Assembly (NCBI GenBank): GCA_044892525.1
Contig: CM097886.1
Location: 141,112,001 to 141,176,000 of the forward strand
Source of the DNA: Schmidtea polychroa
Taxonomy: Eukaryota
Length of the DNA stretch: 64,000 nucleotides
Direction of reading: 5' to 3'
A program made the position numbers and the translations under genes. The notes under the pieces were generated by a model. It made no database searches. It had not been told where the DNA came from and saw only the letters and a program-made list of their open reading frames with translations. Position 1 is the first letter of the stretch. Each line of letters opens with the position of its first letter. Below, piece after piece: positions 45,349 to 56,780 of this stretch.

Positions 45349-46659
45349 GATTGGTGTTCTAGGTTCGTCTGTTTCTTTTAAATTGTCTAACGATGTGATT
45401 AAACTTTGGGCTGATAATTCCTCGGTTGACGTTGCTAAACTATTAGTGATATCGGACAGACTTTCTCTACTTCGAGATCGACTAGGGGTATATCCGAGAT
45501 TTTCTTGGTCGAATATGGGTACTTGATTGGTTCTTCTGGATCCTTGTGATATTCCTCTTTGATGTTTAATGGATCGTCCTCTTTTGAGTTGTTGTAATTC
45601 GTCTCCTGAAAATTATACGTCTCCGGGCTTACTAGAAGATCTAAGATTGGGTTTATCCGTGATTCCTTTCTTACGCTTCTTGGTAATTAGCGGCTATTGA
45701 ATTGGACGCGTTCGGTTCTGATTGTGTTTCCTTCGATAAATATTCTGTATGAATCTGCTACTGAGATCCTGAGGAGATTTACTAATCCTTGGCAGATGGC
45801 TGCTAATACTTCTTCCGTTCTGGAGTCTTCCGGTTGCTGTGTCTCTCGGTGCGGGTTCTGAATGGATTTATCCTTGGTTGATTGTCGATTTTCTTCGAAT
45901 TCCTTTTGTGCAGGTTCTGGATTGTCTTGGTTGGCTGGATTGGCTTGATATCTAAAATGAAAAAATGATCTCGTGTTGCATTTGCTTACACGACTTCATC
46001 ATTCTTTCTACAACATTCAAAAACAGACACCTTTTAGGTTTCTGTTTGTGCTTCCCCTATCTTTTGTGAAATCCTTTCTGCGGGTTATAATATCCCATCA
46101 GCCCGTATTTTCCGTCGATTTTAAATTATCTATATGGGGTAGTAACAATTATCTATAAAGTCGTAATAATTATCTATTCGTTATCAATTATAGTAAAAAT
46201 AGGTCGTTGTCGGTCTCTGCTTATTACCCCCCTTCGTTTTCTTATTCCTTTGCGCTGTTGTCGCTGTTTTACTTTTCGTATTTACTATTATCCCACTCGG
46301 TACTACTCTGGAACCGATAAACATACATTTTCCCGGTTTACCCAAAAAAAAATTCCGTAGAGTTTCTCTACTTCACTGGGATCCCTTTAATTAGTTAGTT
46401 ACTTTCCTCTTTACTCATTATCATTGTTTCATCTATTCTTTATTTTCTATTATCTCTTTAATTCGTTTCCTTCTTCCCTTTCCTTTTTCCTTATAATCTT
46501 ATTTTCTTTTCCACGAGCTCGTTTATTTCCTCTCTAAACTCGAATTTTCAAAATTACATTCAATTTGTTCTAGCTAGCTTTAATATTCCATATCACTAGT
46601 AATTTAAATATTATCTCATTGTAGCTTAACTGCTATCTCTCGCTTTTCTAGGCCTTTAC

Positions 46660-47470
46660 GACTGGCTGGCAGCTCAATCTTCTTCTCAGCTCAATCTTCT
46701 TCCTTCTGATCGGTTAGACTATTCAACAACTCGATCTTACGACTGGCTGGCACTATTCAACAGCTCAATCTTCTTCCTTCTGATCGGTTGGACTATTCAA
46801 CAACTCGATCTTACGACTGGCTGGCACTATTCAACAGCTCAATCTTCTTCCTTCTGATCGGTTGGACTATTCGACAACTCGATCTTACGACTGGCTGGCA
46901 CTATTCAACAGCTCAATCTTCTTCCTTCTGATCGGTTGGACTATTCAACAACTCGATCTTACGACTGGCTGGCACTATTCAACAGCTCAATCTTCTTCCT
47001 TCTGATCGGTTGGACTATTCAACAACTCGATCTTACGACTGGCTGGCACTATTCAACAGCTCAATCTTCTTCCTTCTGATCGGTTGGACTATTCAACAAC
47101 TCGATCTTACGACTGGCTGGCACTATTCAACAGCTCAATCTTCCTCCTTCCTGATCGGTTGGACTTTTCACAACTCGACCTTACGACTGGCTGGCACTAT
47201 TCAACAGCTCAATCTTCCTCTTTCCTGATCGGTTGGACTTTTCACAACTCGACCTTACGACTGGCTGGCACTATTCAACAGCTCAATCTTCCTCCTTCCT
47301 GATCGGTTGGACTTTTCACAACTCGACCTTACGACTGGCTGGCACTATTCAACAGCTCAATCTTCCTCCTTCCTGATCGGTTGGACTTTTCACCACTCGA
47401 CCTTACGACTGGCTGGCACTATTCAACAGCTCAGTCTTCCTCCTTGACCGGCTGGATTATTCGACAGCTC
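46660..47470. repeat. 74-bp tandem array (about 10 copies plus partials) in the element leader
   Basis: gactggctgg recurs at 46741, 46815, 46889, 46963, 47037, 47111, 47185, 47259, 47333 and 47407. Confidence 0.97.
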
Positions 47471-48050
47471 GGCTTCAATATTCCTTGCTCTGCATGCTTC
47501 TATTTCTCTTTTCTTCTTTTACTCTAGTTTACCATTTTCTCTGTCTACTTTTAATTTGTCGACTTAATCTTTACCGCTTGGGAGTGTTTCCCCTTTTCCC
47601 CCCTTGCTCAAAACGCACGACGATCGCGATGATCCATTTCTACATTGGCATGGTGATCAGTCATGTCGCAAAAACTTCTCATCATATGCGATGGTACCCC
47701 GCCCTACGCTTCTTACTTGGGTTGATCAGTTATCCCCTCCCAACGGGTTCTTGCAATAAGACGTACCGCCCGAAGGTGGCTCGGTTTGTACCCCTGCAGT
47801 CTATATTGGGACTAATTCCACGTTATTCCACCCTCTCTTCATTTGATTCCAAAAAAAAAATAAAACAAAACAAACACGCAAATATTCATTCGTCATGCAA
47901 ATTTTATTAGTCCTAATCATCAAAACTTTTTAAAGACGAATTTATTTATCATAAACATAAAGATTGAATCATTAACAGTACGTGTTACCTCAACAATTTC
48001 ATGCATTCTTGTTCAAACATCGTATACTTGCTGTTACATCGCCGGCCGTT

Positions 48051-48536
48051 TCATTCGCCATAATAGACCATATGGGTCTCTTTTATTTCATATTTGCACA
48101 TCGTGCATCTTTTTAGGTCTTTTACACACTCTTCACAGTGACTGAGGTGTCCACACGGCAAGAATAATACGCGAATAGGACGGAGTTTGCAGGCTATACA
48201 AGTTCGTAATTGGTTAACTTTTTCCTGTATTTTTTGTTCGATTGCATCTGGTATTGTATTTAGTGAGTCTTTTAGACGCTGATAATCTAGATTTAATGTT
48301 GGGTGGTTCAATCTCTCTTGATACCACTGATATACGGTTTCGGGGTTTATTTTTCCATCTGGGCGACTTAGGCCTGTGGCTAATATCATATGATTAGGTA
48401 CGACTGGTGTTTGTCCGATTGCTTGCAGTAATATCGCGTTGATTTTTTCTCTTTTATGCGTCAGTGTTGTTAGGGAGTCGTTTTCTATATCGATAAACTT
48501 GAGCAGTTGTTGCATTTGGTTCGCGAATTCTGTCAT
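48051..48536 (-). CDS. IAP/MDM2-type C-terminal RING finger protein without BIR (161 aa), upstream of gag
   Basis: CIACKLRPIRVLFLPCGHLSHCEECVKDLKRCTMCKYEIKETHMVY at the extreme C-terminus, matching the IAP RING pattern (C..C....v.F.PCGH..C..C...l..CP.Cr..I). Confidence 0.85.
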   Translation of the reverse strand: MTEFANQMQQLLKFIDIENDSLTTLTHKREKINAILLQAIGQTPVVPNHMILATGLSRPDGKINPETVYQWYQERLNHPTLNLDYQRLKDSLNTIPDAIEQKIQEKVNQLRTCIACKLRPIRVLFLPCGHLSHCEECVKDLKRCTMCKYEIKETHMVYYGE

Positions 48537-48853
48537 AGCTGTTGGAAAAGTAATGTTTTAATAATATGTAGTAAATTAATAGTTAATTCGTTAATTGGTT
48601 TCTTTAACCATTGTTAATTATTTAATTTGACTACTTTATCTCCTTTATTTATATATATCCTTAATTTTCCTATTATCTATATTTTGATTTTCTCTACTTA
48701 GTTCCTAATGTAATTTAATAATCAATAGTCACTTTGCATTCGTCAAGCAATGGTCGGTTGAAAATAGAAAATCGATGTGATAAATCCCTTTAATTTTGTA
48801 TGAAACTCCCGGTGAATTTCGCATTCGTTAATAGAAATTTCGATCGACTGTAG

Positions 48854-48871
48854 ATCCCGGCTGAGCCCCCA
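48854..48871 (-). promoter_or_regulatory. Primer-binding site, tRNA-Pro type
   Basis: Minus strand TGGGGGCTCAGCCGGGAT versus the canonical tRNA-Pro PBS TGGGGGCTCGTCCGGGAT (16/18), 7 nt inside the 5' LTR boundary. Confidence 0.8.
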
Positions 48872-49412
48872 AAAATCATGTTGGGGTTACACCTCGGCTG
48901 ACCACTCTACCATGTTGACGGGTCTAAGGGTTGATTGTCCATCTCGAATAAAAGGTGCCACCGATTTGTCAACCTGGAGTGAAACCCCACATAACTTTCT
49001 TCCAACATAGTGCCCGTGAATCACTTCACGTTGGTACTGCACTATGCAGGCGAGACGCCAGCAAGCAGGTGAGCTTCTGCCTTAAAACTACTCCTTGCTG
49101 AGGCCTCGACTTCCCGTTCACGACTGCCGATAGAAGGGCTTACGTCCATTTCCTTACACAACCACTTATCAGGACTCGCTGAATGCAAAGTGGGAATTTC
49201 TCACTAGATCTTGCGGGTTCTCTACTCAACCCACTTAATTAAAGTCTAATTATTCATGAACGAAGACGTGTAAGACAACAAGATTTATTAATTTCAATGT
49301 TATGACACAAGGATTCAGCTGTACACTTTACTAACGTTTGTCGAAAGAAGAGAAAACATCATAATCAACATAGATCGGATCCTTGTTCCTCATCCTGACC
49401 GCCACTGGGATT

Positions 49413-50201
49413 TTATTGTTTCTCCCATTCAGTGTCGGCGAATAATTCGTCGAGGTTAAAAAACTCGGAAGCGTTCTCTTCCCACATTACGCCAGCGGCT
49501 GATATGATTCGTGCCGAGGGTCCCGTTGTTAGGTCGATGGACACGTGAGAGTTGCCACCGTTGGTTGAGTCCTCTATTGATGGGATGTTTGGCTTTGCAG
49601 TAGCGCGCTCGCGCTGTCTCTTCTTGCGCTCTGCACGAGAGAGTTGTTTGCGCTTGGGTTTGCTTGAAGATGCCACTTGCAGAAGGGTGACTGATACAGA
49701 TGGACTAGCAGTGGGGGGCTTACTGGTACCCGTGATGACAACATCTGGTCGCTTGGGGGACAATTCGGTTTCGACGCAGTCTCGGCACGGTCTCTTGAAC
49801 GGTGGAGTTGGATTCGAGGAACGGTTGTGATGAGGCGGAAAGATGTCATCGGCCTCTCGGATGGGAATTTGCACTATTTTCCGGTTTGTAGCCGCCTGCA
49901 CGTAAACCTTATGCAGTGCCTCGGATTGTTCTCTGATTAGACTTCTTTGGGCACGGCTCTCAGATATTAGCGCGTCCCGGCAATGCTCGCTACGATCGAG
50001 CTTCTTTTGGATCTCTTTCATCCGAGCGGGACTAAACCATGTCCCTTCCAGCTCGTCTATCTTCCTCTTGTAACGTCCAATCTGAGTTTGTAGGTCCTTT
50101 ATCACCGTATTTTTATCCGCGCACGAGAAGCACGGCCGTAATGCTGATTTAGTGGTTGGTAGCATGCTTGCTATAAATAATACTAATGAAATGTAGAACA
50201 T
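49413..50201 (-). CDS. LTR-encoded 262-aa protein of unknown function
   Basis: Hydrophobic N-terminus, CFSC and CRDC pairs, coiled coil, basic KPKRK...RKKRQRER stretch and acidic-aromatic C-terminus. A diverged homolog at 5744-6257 supports coding function. Confidence 0.75.
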   Translation of the reverse strand: MFYISLVLFIASMLPTTKSALRPCFSCADKNTVIKDLQTQIGRYKRKIDELEGTWFSPARMKEIQKKLDRSEHCRDALISESRAQRSLIREQSEALHKVYVQAATNRKIVQIPIREADDIFPPHHNRSSNPTPPFKRPCRDCVETELSPKRPDVVITGTSKPPTASPSVSVTLLQVASSSKPKRKQLSRAERKKRQRERATAKPNIPSIEDSTNGGNSHVSIDLTTGPSARIISAAGVMWEENASEFFNLDELFADTEWEKQ

Positions 50202-52379
50202 ACGATTTTAGAATAAATTAGATACGACCTACGGCCATTCGTGGATGCTTGACCGACGAAAAAAAAAAAAGGAAAACTCATTCTACAATCCGGTTTTACC
50301 ACGGATCTTATTTGTTGAAACAATTTATTTAACCAAATGCCATCGGTTTGACGCATGCTATTAACTTTGACTCTCTATTGATCTAACTGTATACATGAGG
50401 GGCGTAATAATTAATAGGGGGTAAATATAATATTGGTGAAACACTATAATAATGCTTTAGTAGAGGGACATTATAGTATGCGACTACACCTTGCTATAAA
50501 TTATCTATTTAAATTTATTGCAAACAAATTACTATCGCTATTCTCAACATATTTTTTGATTCGAAATTTGTTATTGGAAGTGCACTTTTAATTCGGTAGT
50601 GAATGTGATTATCTATATTGTCTACCATTTGTCTGAGAATATGTGATGAGTTTACATCAGCCATTACTTGAACACCCTAATGGGATATCTCATCGGTCAT
50701 AACACATGTCCAAATTTACGGATACTACTGTCGACTAGTTGATTACATTATCGACCTATTGTGAATGTCACGTGTCGCGACTATTATGTATGCTAGTCTG
50801 ATATTTTGTGCTCTCACCACATGGATTCGCGTATGGCTACTATCTTATCTCACTCACTTGGTGTATGCCATTTTCACGGTGATTTTATCGATCCTGCTGT
50901 CGTATGATTTTCTCTGCACAGTGATTTATTTGAGTTATGATTTATGCTACCGCCAGTTCTCATCGCGGAATTTTACCCTTATCAACTTGTGTGAATGACC
51001 ATCATCGTTTGGAAATTTATTGGATCTTTTCAGTGATCGTCGAGGGAATAATGCTACCAAATACTGAAGCATATTACTACTCTCGTCATTCTACTCGGAT
51101 TTTCCTATTCAGATGTAATGCCGTCTCGATGAAACCTGCCCTTAGCCATTCGAAATTTTCTCTCAGGTTCAATAATTTGGATATATACAGTGATGACCTG
51201 GCTCTTATTGTAGAAATTAATGTTATTAATTAAATTTGGTGATATTTTACCTGTTTATAATTTTTGAAATAACTAAGTCTATAAAAACTTTCTGATTATA
51301 ATACTAGAGAGGTTTTCGTAGAATCTCGCATTTTATAGTTTCGAGTTAGTTAAAGTTTTTAGAATACTTTCGTAACTTGACATACAATCTGGACAGGTTA
51401 GATGACATTGGGTCTATGATAACGGAATTTCATACGAAATTAGTTCTACTGAGTCCGGCAAATAGACGTTGTCGCAATTAATTTGATAAAACCATGTTTC
51501 CAGATGAAGTGTACTATGAGATGTTGTTATTTTTGACGAAGTTCACTAAATCGTGGTCTGGATCTCTTTTTTCAATAGGGGTAAGATTTACGAAAACGAC
51601 TTGACGAAAGAAAAAGGAATGCGACGCCCTCAGTCACTGTGCAAATCCTTGAAAATCCCTTCATTCGTACGACTATCTCTGTGAAAATCATTGTCTGCCA
51701 GCGATTCTTTTAACCATGACCCCTTGTGATAATTTAGTCGCATCTTCAGCGATAGGACCCGTGAAGAAGCCTTCACATTTCGGCCCAATCTAGCTGCGTG
51801 ATTGAAACACTCCATGTCCACCGGCTGAGCTCCCGAAGGCACCTCATACCATGACATGGAGTATCTCAACTCCACGTTACTCGTTAAATGAAAATTCATA
51901 AAATCTTTAATTCAAATAAAATACGGACATCTGGATAAAAATATTTTATTAATTCTGAAATACTTAGATAATACAAATTCCATCAATACATTAAAGTTAT
52001 AAAAATGGAGAATCAAATGAAGAGAGTTAACCAAAATGTTTAATCGTTAATATTTACCATTACTATTAGCTTTACAAATACTTAAATAAATCTATAAACA
52101 AATGAACTACCCCTTACTATTGTTTAGGCTGAGTCAAAATTCAATGTTGTTCGTTCCAAATAGTTTGAATGGTGGTCCGTTGGATGTCGATTATTGTGAT
52201 GAATGGTATTTCGGTCTCTGAACTGGTTTTGAATAGTCGTGGAGTTTTCTGAATGACGGTTGCTTGGCTAGTAGTGTCGATCCTATGAAATGCTCGGGGT
52301 TAACAGTAAAAACAGTAAACATTTTTCTTACCTATGAAATGCTCGGGGTTAACAGTAAATTTAATGTTTTTGGTAGTTG

Positions 52380-52413
52380 TATATATATCAAATTCTTATT
52401 TGTGCGGACCAAT
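52380..52413 (-). promoter_or_regulatory. Putative LTR core promoter (CCAAT box plus TATA-like box)
   Basis: CCAAT at 52409-52413 and TATATATAT at 52380-52388, in the correct order for minus-strand transcription. Mirrored at 26104-26108 and 26075-26083. Confidence 0.4.
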
Positions 52414-52946
52414 CAGAGTTGAGTACCGCTTATTTCTATTAATTTAATATAATTTTCTTGTTTTTAGGTTGTTTTTTCCTTATTTTCTTTATTTTTAATA
52501 TGTTTTTCTATTTATTTCCTTAATTTCCTTATTATTTCTTGAATTCCTCTTTATTTATTTGTCAACTTGTTCTATTTTAATCTTTTCTTAATTTTATTTT
52601 TTGTTTTAATTCTTATGTCTTAATTATTATTTTCCTTATATCTTATTCTATTTTATTTCTGATTTTATTTATTTTATTATTATTTTTCTTAATGTTCTAC
52701 TTCCCTACTTTCTTATTTCTCAACGATTAAATTCTCGACTCAGCCCAACACCTGTCCCGTTTTTCCCATTCGATTTCGATGATTTTTCCATTTATTGATT
52801 TTTCTCGGATTTCCGGATTCTCGCCTTTCGTAATTGCTTTTTGCATTTTCTAATACTGTTTCCATCACACTTTCCTTTACTATTGATTCTGTGCGCAATC
52901 CCGCTTTTATTTGTCTTTTTTTCTTCGCTTACTTTCTATTTGAATT

Positions 52947-53085
52947 NNNNNNNNNNNNNNNNNNNNNNNNNNNNNNNNNNNNNNNNNNNNNNNNNNNNNN
53001 NNNNNNNNNNNNNNNNNNNNNNNNNNNNNNNNNNNNNNNNNNNNNNNNNNNNNNNNNNNNNNNNNNNNNNNNNNNNNNNNNNNNN
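52947..53085. other. Assembly gap (139 N)
   Basis: Run of N. Confidence 1.
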
Positions 53086-53658
53086 ACTAACTAATTTAAT
53101 TTTTTCCTTATTTAAATTCCTCCCAGTAGATAGCCAAAACCACAGATGGGTTGTCGAAATGAACGCTAACAATTTTCTTCTTTTGATCTCTTCTAAATTA
53201 CTCCAAAGAATATTGGAGCTAAGTTACAATTTGACGTGATAATAAATTTCCAAGAGATTGTTAAATTCCTTTTCTTCCGATCGATAAAATGAATACTAAA
53301 ACAGAAATTCGTCCAATTGGAAATTGTTTCCCGATCTAATTTTAATTTTTTCTGATCTGTGATCTTTCTCTCTCGATTTTCTCTGTCCCTTAATCTAATT
53401 TTTCAACTAGTATTTATATAAATTTATTTTATTTTAAATCTATTAATAGTAATTATTTAATTACTATTTTTATTATATATTTTTAAACAATTACTATTTT
53501 TGTTACAAATCTATTTTTAGTAATTATTTATTACTATTTATATTTTAATTCCAATTTTAGTAATTTTTAAATACTATTTATATTATAATTCTAATTTTAG
53601 TAATTAATTATTATTTAATTTCAAAACTTTTGATTTCGGTTCCTACTGAACCCCAACA
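53086..53658 (-). mobile_element. Partial family-2 LTR (distal part)
   Basis: Shares aaatctattaatagtaatt and ggttcctactgaaccccaaca with 2250-2463. Confidence 0.65.
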
Positions 53659-56079
53659 AAATTATACTTGCATGCCTCAGTATTATTATGTCTGTCTACA
53701 ATTTTATAGTAATTTAGAATACAATATTGTCTTCTTTAGTATTAAGATTAGAGGGGGAATGAACTACCCAATAGGTATGCCGGGCAGGAACATTTGGTAC
53801 AACGATGAAGATTTAACCTGGGTAACGATAGCAGTAGAATGGGGAGCGAAATACCCGGAATTGCTATCTTTTCACCATTATGATTATTAAAATAAATTGA
53901 TTGCCAATGTCATAAAATGCACAATGATATTCAATCTCTCTATTTAGGGTTCAAACTAAAGGAAGGCATGCGCCAAGATCGCGAACAGGCACAAAGCGGT
54001 AGAAGGAACGGTGCCAAGAACTGGAGGGCACCTGGTTTGGCCCAGTAAAGATGCAAAAGCGTTTGAAGCTGATCCAACAGCTACAGCTTCAGAACGCCCA
54101 AGATCAGACTGAAATACGGGCTCTTCGCTTAAAATTTAGAAGCTTGGTGGACAAGGACGCGACTGCCATTATCGACCACTGGCGGAACTCATAAATGAAC
54201 CTAGCTTCTCTGTGTCACCTGCGCCGCCAAAGAAGAAGATCCGTCTATGTAAGGCAGCACGGCCCAGGTTGCGACAGGCGAAATAAGCACACGTGCCAGT
54301 TACCCGAGAAAACAAATACTCTGATACCTGTGGTGACTATGACGCTTGTTATAAATTAAATATGATTATATTATCAAATTAAATCTTTGTATTTGTATTA
54401 AACTTGTACGCTTGGGGAGGCTGCATTAATACATGAAATTCGGTAATGCAATCTAAAGTGAAGGAACCAGAATAGTCAGACATAGGCCTTCTAACGGCAA
54501 TCCGTGGATCCAAGTGAGCACTGAAGAACTATAGTATGTCGATCAAGCTCATTTTTTGCCGGCGCTCAAACCCTTTGATACAGTACCAACGTTGATCACT
54601 CAACAGGTATCAAGTGGTCGAACTTTAATTGTTTTCTTTGTTACGCTGGAAACAGCATGACGAGGTAAAATGATTGATTACCTGTAACCCACCACTAACC
54701 TTAAACATTAACAATACTTCGAGAAACCTTTTAAAATATATTTATTGATTTAGTAATTTTATTCGTACTTTCTGTCAATATCTGCTGTATTATTGTGTTG
54801 AGATCTCAATATTTGAGATTCCCAACGTTGCACTGATGACTATATAGGTCTATCAAATATGAAAATACAGTCGGGATAGTGAAATATTTATTTAAAAAAC
54901 ACAAAATATTTACCAATTACAAATTCCGTTTAAAAATCGATTCCCTTGAAAGGTTGTGCATGTTATGTTGTTTGTGAAGCTTTCAATGTTTTTTGATTGT
55001 ACTGTTCGAATTTAAAAACTAATAAGGATCTTCCCTTTTTAGTTTACAGTAGTAACGGTAAAAATGTTTGGGCTATTTTAATATTTAAGGTCCATTAAGT
55101 TTTAGTTTCATTTTTGTATTATTTTTATGATATATGAAATAAATATCTAACTTGTTTTTGTTAAAAAAAATTATTGTGGAATTATTTTACATTGCGCAGG
55201 GAGCCCAAATTTTGAAGTTCCACCATTGCTTATTATTTTAGAAAGTTATTATTTGTTTATTTGAGATGGTGTTTTTCAATCGAACATAGGACCTTTTAAT
55301 CCCACTCAAGCTGTTGCTAATATTTACAAAATATTTTTTAAGTTTAACAAGATTTTATTTTGAGAAAATTATTTTAAGTTAAAGATTATTTTATTATTTA
55401 TTCTTTAAATCATTCAATTTATATACCCCGTAGATTATATATAATTAAGTGTTCATATATAAAAATAAATAGGTCATTAATTTATAATTTTTTCATAACT
55501 AAGATACATTAACAACAAAAATAAATAAATCACTAGTTCTCAAATAAAATATTATAAAGATAACATTAATTGTTCACAAGTTCCCGGCGAGTTCATTGTT
55601 TATATACAAATTGTTGATTTGATATACTGGGGTTGGGTTGAATCGGATGGATTGGATTGCCTGCTTCTGCCATTTTTGTTTATCTGCTTTCCTCATAAAT
55701 ATTGACTCTGTATATGTTAGCTCCTGTTTTATAGCATTTTGTGAGTTCAAAATCTTTGATGACTCTGCCTCTGTCATCCAACAATTGTATTTAATAAACA
55801 TATTGACTTTTTCTAATATTGTTGAGGATACTTGAATAACAAAAAATTAAATAATGTTTCAAAATGATTAAAAATGATCGGGTGAAAATGGTTATAATAA
55901 ATGAGGTCAAATTCGGAAAAATTAATGAAGCGAAGAAATTGGAGAAGGAAAAAGATATAGCAAAAAATCAATGAAATCGAACAATGAAGTGCGACAAGGT
56001 CGTTTTTATATAATAAATGCAAATAGAAATGAAGACCGGACCAATTTGCTATTGGAAAACCCTTATCTTAATAATTTAA

Positions 56080-56780
56080 ACGAGATAATAAATAAATCAC
56101 TGGAGTAGTCGGAAAATAAAAAGAAATAAATCAAAATAAAATCATATATCTTGATAGATGTCAGAGATAATGTGGAAATTAGTAATATCCTTAGGAATAT
56201 GCTGGAAAACAAAATACTTATCTATAAGTGCCAGGAAATTGCAAAAGACAGAAGAAAATTTATTTGAGAAACAGAATTAGAGAGATTATAGAAGACAAAA
56301 CATTAAGAATTCGAAGAGAGAAGAAGTGAAATCGAAACCGCCTAAGATAAAAAGAAAATGGAATAAAATAGTTAAATCAATAAGCCACTGAAAATCGAAC
56401 TAACTTCCAGAAATTGTTAAATTCCTAAGTCAAGGCAGGAAAATAACTGGATCAATTTTGCGAGGTGTCAGTCACTATAGTTAATGTATAGTTAATGTTT
56501 TCCCAAAGAGCGATTCCGCTGGAAGTGTTGTAATAAGCACCCGAATACGATTGATTTACATTTAGTAACTTATTTCATAGTTTTCGTTATAACCATCTGT
56601 GGTATTCAACATAGTTATATTGTTTAGAAATTGATATTGTTCTTGAATAAAACACACTCAGAGCCAGAGATTAGTTATTGATTTAATAAACCCTAAAAAT
56701 ACGGAAAACTCAAATTTAGTTTTAAGTATTTCAATTTGCAATACCATTACTATGGTATTTTCCTGTGTAAATCTGTGCCA
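56080..56780. repeat. Inverted copy of the repeat at about 8380-9150
   Basis: Reverse-complement similarity by eye; boundaries approximate. Confidence 0.55.

Larger units (their letters stand above)
22575..52750 (-). mobile_element. Giant (30,176 bp) env-bearing Ty3/Gypsy LTR retroelement, apparently intact
   Basis: Two near-identical 3.87-kb direct repeats with TG...CA ends, CCTG at 22571-22574 and 52751-52754, PBS at 48854-48871, and an uninterrupted gag-pol ORF in PR-RT-RH-IN order. Confidence 0.97.
48879..52750 (-). repeat. 5' LTR (3872 bp)
   Basis: Direct repeat of 22575-26445, followed on the minus strand by the PBS. Confidence 0.97.

Noticed and set aside
27274-45526. Numerous plus-strand ORFs of 60-150 aa
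   Set aside because: They are antisense shadows of the A-rich minus-strand ORFs (Phe/Ser/Leu-rich, no motifs).
46660-47470. CRISPR-like array
   Set aside because: Units are contiguous 74-bp repeats with no unique spacers, there are no cas genes, and the context is eukaryotic.
48854-48871. tRNA gene (also at 1582 and 17569)
   Set aside because: Only the 18-nt 3' end including CCA is present next to an LTR, so these are primer-binding sites rather than cloverleaf genes.
22575-52750. The 3.87-kb duplication as a segmental duplication or collapse artefact
   Set aside because: TG...CA ends, a 4-bp TSD, a PBS and a complete gag-pol between the copies identify them as LTRs.
53890-54700. Locally GC-richer stretch, possible TE fragment
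   Set aside because: I found no sustained ORF, terminal repeat or motif to support a call.
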